Under the pieces are notes generated by a model. That model was not told where the DNA came from. It did no database searches and was given only the letters and a program-made list of their open reading frames with translations. From Thermodesulfobacteriota bacterium (GTDB taxonomy: Bacteria > Desulfobacterota > WTBG01 > JAGOGO01), in contig CP113000.1 of NCBI GenBank assembly GCA_026625185.1, positions 1-32,000 of the forward strand: DNA of 32,000 bases, read 5' to 3'. Position numbers and translations under genes: made by a program. How positions within the stretch are numbered: the stretch's first letter is position 1; each line of letters starts with the position of its first letter. This document shows positions 26,529 to 32,000 of the stretch, piece after piece.

Positions 26529-27539
26529 ATGAAACCTGCTTATTTTTTTTTAAAAATTAAAGAGGGTCATTTACTCCCTCTTTATTATTTTTACGGAGAA
26601 GAAGAATACCTAAAAAACAAAGCCGTTCACCTTGTATTGGAGCGTTTAGGAGAGAAAATAACCCCTGGCTTAAACTTCGAGGTTTTTGCCGGTTCTTCCA
26701 CCCCCGTAACAACCCTTCTTGATCACGCTCGCACTATTCCCTTTTTAGGCGCACGAAAAATCATCCTTGTGAAAGAGGCGGAAAATATCCCTGCTGAGGA
26801 ACAAAAGCGCCTTTTTCTCTACCTGGAAAGCCCAAGCAAGAAAACCACTCTTATCCTCACCAGCAGTGCCGTTAATTTTCGGGGCAACGCTTTTAAACCA
26901 CTTTTAAAGTCCTTCGCAAAGTATGCGGGATACGGCCTGGTTCTCGAATTGAATCATCCCTTTCAAAACGAGACCCCTGACTGGATAAAATATATGGCTC
27001 AAAATTTTGGAAAATCCATGGGATCTTCAGTAGTTTCTTTATTACACGAACTGATCGGAAATAACCTTCTCGACCTTTTTCATGAAATGGAAAAACTTGC
27101 TCTTTTTACCGGCGAAAAAAAAGAAATTTCTAAGGATGACGTTGAAAAGATGATTTCGAGGTTGCGAACCGAGTCAGTTTTTGAATTGGTTGATCATATC
27201 GGCAATCGAAGACAGTATGAAGCCTTGATAACGCTTTCTCAACTTCTCAAAAGCGGCGAGCAGCCTCTTAAGCTTTTAGCTTTGATTGTCCGTCAATTCC
27301 GGATGATCAGCAGAGCGAGCACTCTGGTGAAACAGGGACTGAAGCCCGCGGAGATAACCAACGCCCTAAAAATCAGGGAATTTGTGTGGGAAAAGTTATA
27401 TCCTCAGGTAAATAAATTTTCTGAAAAAAAGCTGATGGATTGTTTTCAGCAAATGTGGGAAGCTGATATCGCTCTTAAAACCGGAAGTATTCCAAAAAAA
27501 CTCATTTTAGAAAAGCTCGTCATGGAGTTGTGCGAATAG
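26529..27539 (+). CDS. holA: DNA polymerase III subunit delta
   Basis: 336-aa ORF directly after lptE. N-terminal YYFYGEEEYL and later LEKLALF and FEL blocks typical of HolA. Confidence 0.85.
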   Translation: MKPAYFFLKIKEGHLLPLYYFYGEEEYLKNKAVHLVLERLGEKITPGLNFEVFAGSSTPVTTLLDHARTIPFLGARKIILVKEAENIPAEEQKRLFLYLESPSKKTTLILTSSAVNFRGNAFKPLLKSFAKYAGYGLVLELNHPFQNETPDWIKYMAQNFGKSMGSSVVSLLHELIGNNLLDLFHEMEKLALFTGEKKEISKDDVEKMISRLRTESVFELVDHIGNRRQYEALITLSQLLKSGEQPLKLLALIVRQFRMISRASTLVKQGLKPAEITNALKIREFVWEKLYPQVNKFSEKKLMDCFQQMWEADIALKTGSIPKKLILEKLVMELCE

Positions 27540-27614
27540 TACTAATGGGCTGATTGTCAGACGAATCGAGGGAGAGGCTAAGCCCCCCCCAGGTTCAGAT
27601 TTTGAGTAATTGAT

Positions 27615-27639
27615 GAAGGGGTTCACTTCTGCCCCCTTC
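27615..27639. other. GC-rich hairpin between convergent holA and rpsT
   Basis: GAAGGGG (27615-27621) pairs with CCCCTTC (27633-27639), 11-nt loop. There is no T-run on either strand, so terminator function is uncertain. Confidence 0.25.
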
Positions 27640-27695
27640 TATAAAAACGCAATTGAAATAAATACCCTTCTCATCCAATGCCGAAGAAAAAAAGA

Positions 27696-27962
27696 TTAAG
27701 ACTTTAAAGCATTCACTTTGCGGGTTAGGCGGGAAATTTTGCGGGCAGCATTCTTTTTATGAATAACCCCTTTGGAGGCAGCTTTATTAATAACCGGGGT
27801 AACCTGAGAAAGTACTTCCTGTGCTTTTTTCGGGTCTTTTGCCTCAATCGCGGAGCTGACTGCTTTCATCGTGGTCTTGAGATTGCTTTTGACGTTCCGG
27901 TTTCTAAGCCGTTTTTCTTTACTTTGTTTACTTCGTTTTAAAGCTGATTTATGCGTTGCCAT
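27696..27962 (-). CDS. rpsT: 30S ribosomal protein S20
   Basis: 88-aa basic ORF. HKSALKRSKQSKEKRLRNRNVKS... is the typical S20 N-terminus. Confidence 0.93.
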   Translation of the reverse strand: MATHKSALKRSKQSKEKRLRNRNVKSNLKTTMKAVSSAIEAKDPKKAQEVLSQVTPVINKAASKGVIHKKNAARKISRLTRKVNALKS

Positions 27963-28076
27963 ACAATCCTTTCACCAATTTTAAGGTTGTAATTTAATTG
28001 AGCGAAAACTATTCATACGAGGTCACGAAAGCCGGTATTGATAACATTTCCCAAGGCCGTTAGGACCATTCTCACC

Positions 28077-28154
28077 ATCCCCTTAAATCCCCCTTTATGA
28101 AAGGGGGAGGAAAAAAAAGACTATCCCCTTTGTTAAAGGGGAGTTAGAGGGGAT
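28077..28154. repeat. Compound palindromic element with twin CCCCTTT-NNN-AAAGGGG hairpins
   Basis: Hairpin 1: TCCCCCTTT (28088-28096) / AAAGGGGGA (28100-28108). Hairpin 2: TCCCCTTT (28124-28131) / AAAGGGGA (28135-28142). The outer ATCCCCT (28077-28083) can pair with AGGGGAT (28148-28154). Confidence 0.7.
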
Positions 28155-28159
28155 TGGTA

Positions 28160-28189
28160 GTATATTTTGACTCAGTATATTTTGACTCA
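28160..28189. repeat. Perfect tandem duplication of a 15-mer
   Basis: GTATATTTTGACTCA occurs twice (28160-28174 and 28175-28189). Each copy carries TTGACT and TATATT hexamers. It is followed by ATTAATTTTT at 28190-28199 and again at 28203-28212. Confidence 0.85.
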
Positions 28190-28281
28190 ATTAATTTTTG
28201 TAATTAATTTTTATTGCAGGATTTTGTTGTTTACCATTGAATTTACTGGTTTGTCAAGCAAATTTCATAAGGATTGATTGA

Positions 28282-28317
28282 GTAACCCCAGTTAGAAAAT
28301 CTTCTAATGGGAGTTAC
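28282..28317 (+). other. 36-nt imperfect hairpin about 105 nt upstream of murJ
   Basis: GTAACCCCAGTTAGAA, loop AATC, TTCTAATGGGAGTTAC: 13 Watson-Crick pairs, 1 G-U and 2 mismatches. Confidence 0.45.
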
Positions 28318-28330
28318 CAGGTGTAAAAAA

Positions 28331-28348
28331 GTTTAAAAATTTTTAAAC
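28331..28348. repeat. Perfect 18-bp AT-rich palindrome
   Basis: GTTTAAAAATTTTTAAAC equals its own reverse complement. Confidence 0.85.
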
Positions 28349-28423
28349 TTACTACGTGCTTCTTCACCCGGTTAGGTATAAAATATCTATCAGGGCAAGC
28401 GGCGCCTTTCTAACGGCGATAAA

Positions 28424-29998
28424 ATGTCCGAAAACTCACGCATAACCAGAAATTTTGGTATCGTAGGGGTAGCAACCTTTTTAAGCAGAATTCTTGGATT
28501 AGTCCGAGAAATGGCGATTGCTTTTTATTTTGGCGCCGGCATGGCAGCTGATTCCTTTTTCGTGGCTTTTCAGATCCCCAATATCCTTCGAATTCTTCTG
28601 GCTGAGGGTTCCCTAAGTATAGCATTTATCCCGGTTTTTTCTGAAACCATGGTAAAAAAAGGGCGTGGGGAAGCTTTAAAGCTTGCTAATGCGACTTTCA
28701 CCATCCTAACGATAATTCTCATTATCGTTACCGCGTTAGGTATTTTTTTTGCCTCTCCTCTTATAAAAATTATGGTTCCGGGGTTTGCAAAAATTCCGGG
28801 AAAAACCGAGCTTACGATCCTCCTGACCAGAATCACGTTTCCTTTCATTTTCCTTGTCAGTCTGGCAGCGCTCTGTATGGGAATCCTTAACTCCTTGAGG
28901 CGGTTTGCCGCCCCTGCTTTAGCTCCCGCGTTTTATAATCTCGGCGTGATCCTCTCAGTGGTCATCCTTTTCCCTTATTTTAACTTTCCGATAATGGCTT
29001 TGGCCATTGGAGTCATGGTCGGCGGGTTTCTCCAGTTGGCATTCCAAATCCCCTTCCTGGGGAAAAATGGTGTCCACCTTACGTCAAACTTTGACTTCCA
29101 AAATCCGGAACTAAAAAAAATGGGAAAAATCATGGCGCCCGCTATCTTTGGCTCGGCAATTTACCAGGTAAAAATTTTTATTAATAATTTTCTTGCTTCT
29201 TTTCTTCCTCAGGGAAGTGTTTCCTACCTGAACTATGCTTATCGCCTTCTCGAATTCCCTTTAGGGATTTTCGTCTATTCGATCAGCTCCGTGGTCCTTC
29301 CTTCTTTTTCGACTTTTGCCGCCAACAATGAAATGACAAAATTAAAAGAAACGTTCGTTTTTGCGTTCCGATTAGCCATGTTCATCGTTATCCCCGCCAT
29401 GGTTGGCTTAGCAGTCCTGCGAGTCCCCATTGTTTCCGTTCTCTTAGAAAGAGGATCTTTTACCCCGGAAGAAACAATGCAGACCTCCATTGCCCTTTTT
29501 TACTACTCTCTGGGCCTCTGGGCAATTTCCGGTTTGCGAATTACCGTTCAGGTTTTTTATTCCCTTCACGATACCAAAACACCGGTAAAAGTAGGGGCGA
29601 TCAATGTTCTTATTCATGTTCTGTTCAGCGTCGTGCTTATGGGACCTCTTAAGCATGGGGGTCTTGCGTTAGCCCTCTCACTAACCTCGATTTTGCACTT
29701 TTTGCTCCTTCAGATGTATCTGCGGAGGAAAATAGGTCGTTTGGGGATGCGAGCGGCTCTGCCTTCTTTGGCAAAGATTGTTTTTGCCTCGCTGATCATG
29801 GGATGGGTATGTTCTTTCATCAGTTCTCAGATTAACTGGTTAACCCCGGGGGATTTCTATAAAAGAATAGTTTATCTGGCCGGAGCCATCGGCAGTGGCA
29901 CTCTGGTTTTCTTTGGAGTATGTTTCTTGCTCCGCTGTCCTGAACTTGAATCCTTGAAGGATATGTTCAAAAAGAAGACGATAACTCCTTCCGCTTAA
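28424..29998 (+). CDS. murJ: Lipid II flippase MurJ (MviN)
   Basis: 524-aa polytopic ORF. N-terminal SRILGLVREMAIAFYFGAGMAADSFFVAFQIPN is the diagnostic MurJ block. Confidence 0.93.
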   Translation: MSENSRITRNFGIVGVATFLSRILGLVREMAIAFYFGAGMAADSFFVAFQIPNILRILLAEGSLSIAFIPVFSETMVKKGRGEALKLANATFTILTIILIIVTALGIFFASPLIKIMVPGFAKIPGKTELTILLTRITFPFIFLVSLAALCMGILNSLRRFAAPALAPAFYNLGVILSVVILFPYFNFPIMALAIGVMVGGFLQLAFQIPFLGKNGVHLTSNFDFQNPELKKMGKIMAPAIFGSAIYQVKIFINNFLASFLPQGSVSYLNYAYRLLEFPLGIFVYSISSVVLPSFSTFAANNEMTKLKETFVFAFRLAMFIVIPAMVGLAVLRVPIVSVLLERGSFTPEETMQTSIALFYYSLGLWAISGLRITVQVFYSLHDTKTPVKVGAINVLIHVLFSVVLMGPLKHGGLALALSLTSILHFLLLQMYLRRKIGRLGMRAALPSLAKIVFASLIMGWVCSFISSQINWLTPGDFYKRIVYLAGAIGSGTLVFFGVCFLLRCPELESLKDMFKKKTITPSA

Positions 29999-30038
29999 CG
30001 TTTAAATTTAAAAAATTTATTTTCACCTCAACTTTTCA

Positions 30039-30392
30039 CTACTCTCCTAAAATTTTTTTTATGGCTGCCTTAAGATTCGCAAGATTCGAGGATTTTACCA
30101 CATAGGCGTCGGATGCCCAGGTCGCTAAATTTTGTTGATACTCGGGATAAGCGCTGGAAAGAATAACCGGCAAATCCCGAAACGTAGTGCGGATCTGCTG
30201 AAGAATGTCAAGCCCATTTATATCGGGCATCTTGATATCCAAAATAATGAGATCCGGAAGAAACGCGGTCAGTAATGCAAGTGCTTCTTTGCCGTTGGCA
30301 GCAACCTTCACCTCATATCCTTCCTCTTCCAACTCTTCTTTATATAATATTCTGATACCTTCTTCGTCATCAGCCACTAAAATTTTCTTCAT
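30039..30392 (-). CDS. Stand-alone response regulator receiver (CheY-like)
   Basis: 117-aa ORF. Acidic pocket ADDEE, phospho-acceptor context LIILDIKMPDINGL, later SSAY and VVKS blocks. No output domain. Confidence 0.9.
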   Translation of the reverse strand: MKKILVADDEEGIRILYKEELEEEGYEVKVAANGKEALALLTAFLPDLIILDIKMPDINGLDILQQIRTTFRDLPVILSSAYPEYQQNLATWASDAYVVKSSNLANLKAAIKKILGE

Positions 30393-30409
30393 GGTCTTAT
30401 TCCTTTCTC

Positions 30410-31408
30410 TTATTTGATCTCCTTCAGAAACGTTGCCGCTTCCTCCGGAGGGGTTGGGTTGATATAAAATCCAGACCCAATTTCAAAGCCTGCAATTTTA
30501 CTTAAGGTGGGAATGATTTCAAAATGCCAATGATAGTAATCATTAATCAACTCATTAAACGGAGACGTATGGAGGGTGAAATTGTAGGGCGGATCTTCCA
30601 GCGCTGCTTCGAGGCGGCTTAAAACATCTTTGAAAATACGCGCCAGCGAACTATATTCTGCCGGAGAAATATTAACAAAAGAAGAAGAATGTTTTTTGGG
30701 AAGAAGCCAAATTTCAAACGGCGAACGGGAAGCAAAGGGAGTGATTGCCAGAAAATCATCGTTTTCAACCACTACCCGGATTTTATCATCCAATTCTTGA
30801 TGAACAATATCGCAAAAAACGCAGCGGTCTTTATACCGGTAATAATTTTTGCTCCCTTCCATCTCTTCCATCACCAATTTGGGAATAATCGGTAAGGCAA
30901 TAAGTTGGGAATGGCTATGCGCGAGAGAAGCACCGGCTTCTACCCCATGATTTTTAAAAATCAGAACATAACGAAAGCGCACGTCTTTTTGTAAATCCAC
31001 AATGCGCTCCCGGTAAGTCCAGAGTACATCCTCAAAGGCTTTGGGATTAAGCTGACACAAGGAGCTACCATGGCGAGCCGTCTCAATAATAACCTCGTGG
31101 GCACCAATACCATTCATTTTATCATACATCCCCTCCGCTTGTTTTTTCAAACTCCCCTCAATAACCAAGGCGGGAAACTTATTGGAGACTACCCGCAAAG
31201 TCCACCCCGGAGTATTAGGCTTACTTCCATCCCGTCGTAACGCATAGACCTCAGGAGGAGTTTTGTCCTCATTCTCCGGGCAAAGCGGGCAAAATCCACC
31301 CGCTACCGCAGGCTTTTCGTTCATCTTAAAACTGGTAGGACGTTTTCCGCGTTCGGTTGAAATAATCACCCAACGACCGACAATAGGGTCTTTACGAAGT
31401 TCAGGCAT
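30410..31408 (-). CDS. galT: Galactose-1-phosphate uridylyltransferase-like HIT-family nucleotidyltransferase
   Basis: 332-aa ORF. N-terminal LRKDPIVGRWVIIS, Zn site CPLCPENE, active-site HSHSQLIALP (HxHxQ). Confidence 0.85.
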   Translation of the reverse strand: MPELRKDPIVGRWVIISTERGKRPTSFKMNEKPAVAGGFCPLCPENEDKTPPEVYALRRDGSKPNTPGWTLRVVSNKFPALVIEGSLKKQAEGMYDKMNGIGAHEVIIETARHGSSLCQLNPKAFEDVLWTYRERIVDLQKDVRFRYVLIFKNHGVEAGASLAHSHSQLIALPIIPKLVMEEMEGSKNYYRYKDRCVFCDIVHQELDDKIRVVVENDDFLAITPFASRSPFEIWLLPKKHSSSFVNISPAEYSSLARIFKDVLSRLEAALEDPPYNFTLHTSPFNELINDYYHWHFEIIPTLSKIAGFEIGSGFYINPTPPEEAATFLKEIK

Positions 31409-31466
31409 ATGTTTACCTCACATAAGATTTTTTTTAACACCCGGGCGAGGCCATGACCCTTCATTG

Positions 31467-32000
31467 TTACAAGCGGTTAATCAAACTCGCAACGCAGCCC
31501 GCTCCAAAACCATTATCAATATTAACGACCGCAACACTTGAAGCACAAGAATTTAACATTCCTAACAGCGCTGCCATCCCTCCAAAATTAGCGCCATAGC
31601 CAATACTCGTTGGGACTGCGATCACCGGTCTCGATACCAACCCCCCCACCACACTGGGCAGTGCTCCTTCCATTCCTGCTACTACAATAAACACGCGGGC
31701 TTCTGAAAGCTTTTCGAGTTGATTAACCAAACGATGTATACCGGCTACACCCACATCATACATGGTATCCACCCGATTCCCCATCATCCGGGCAGTGATC
31801 ACTGCTTCTTCGGCAATGGGAATATCTGAGGTCCCCGCACTGATCACCATAATTATTCCTTTCCCTACAATCTCTATTTCTTTTGAATGAAAAGTCAGCA
31901 TGTGGGAAAGAGCATGATACTCAACCGTGGGTAGCGCCTTGGCAATGTATTCCGCTTTTCCTCGACCCACGCGGGTCACAATAATCGGATGCTCCTTGTC
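31467..32000 (-). CDS. larB: Nickel-pincer cofactor biosynthesis protein LarB (PurE-like), N-terminus beyond the window
   Basis: The reading frame stays open to the window edge (…DKEHPIIVTRVGRGKAEY…). PurE-like AGTSDIPIAEEA and VVAGMEGALPSVVGGLV...VIAVPTSIGYG blocks. Confidence 0.85.
   Translation of the reverse strand, partial: DKEHPIIVTRVGRGKAEYIAKALPTVEYHALSHMLTFHSKEIEIVGKGIIMVISAGTSDIPIAEEAVITARMMGNRVDTMYDVGVAGIHRLVNQLEKLSEARVFIVVAGMEGALPSVVGGLVSRPVIAVPTSIGYGANFGGMAALLGMLNSCASSVAVVNIDNGFGAGCVASLINRL

Noticed and set aside
27583-27590. C8 homopolymer as a phase-variation switch
   Set aside because: It lies in the spacer between two convergent gene ends (holA and rpsT), so length changes would not affect a reading frame or an obvious promoter.
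1-32000. CRISPR arrays, tRNA/rRNA genes, intact IS elements, prophage or integrase genes
   Set aside because: Reading all the intergenic regions, I saw no regularly spaced direct repeats, no T-loop/acceptor-like structures and no integrase or complete transposase ORF. A tRNAscan, Infernal or CRISPR-finder run would be needed to be certain.

Overview
Bacterial chromosomal segment with dnaA and about 26 protein-coding genes. I saw no rRNA, tRNA or CRISPR array. Left third: dnaA, a convergent rarA, a PflX-type radical-SAM gene, a GerMN-domain gene tightly coupled to an EF-G paralogue, and a DEAD-box helicase with a long structured leader. Middle (9.8-22.7 kb, all minus strand): a lactate-type oxidation gene set, namely a 4Fe-4S protein, a LarA-like racemase, a GlcD-like FAD oxidase and a GlcF-like CCG Fe-S subunit. 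A ~7.6-kb mosaic block separates GlcD from GlcF. That block holds adenine deaminase, an AI-2E permease, an internally deleted REP-associated tyrosine transposase (RAYT) flanked by two inverted GTAG-type REP hairpins, a lower-GC multi-domain HNH endonuclease, a DUF4412-like secreted protein, an M48 lipoprotein peptidase, a truncated gene remnant, and two tiny overlapping ORFs at an AT-rich junction. Right third: a sixA-like gene, the conserved leuS-lptE-holA operon, rpsT, murJ, and a receiver / GalT-like / larB cluster that runs off the window end. LptE and MurJ indicate a diderm. The Fe-S, radical-SAM and LarA/LarB content suggests an anaerobic lifestyle. The lineage cannot be named by eye. 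I did not find a convincing, complete, novel multi-gene system. The most unusual material is the accessory patch at 11.1-15.5 kb (HNH gene, RAYT/REP scar, gene remnants), the apparent splitting of the glcD/glcF pair, and several structured or repeat-rich intergenic regions (4.88-5.01 kb, 7.8-8.2 kb, 20.1-20.3 kb, 28.0-28.4 kb). All homology calls come from motif recognition by eye, not database searches.
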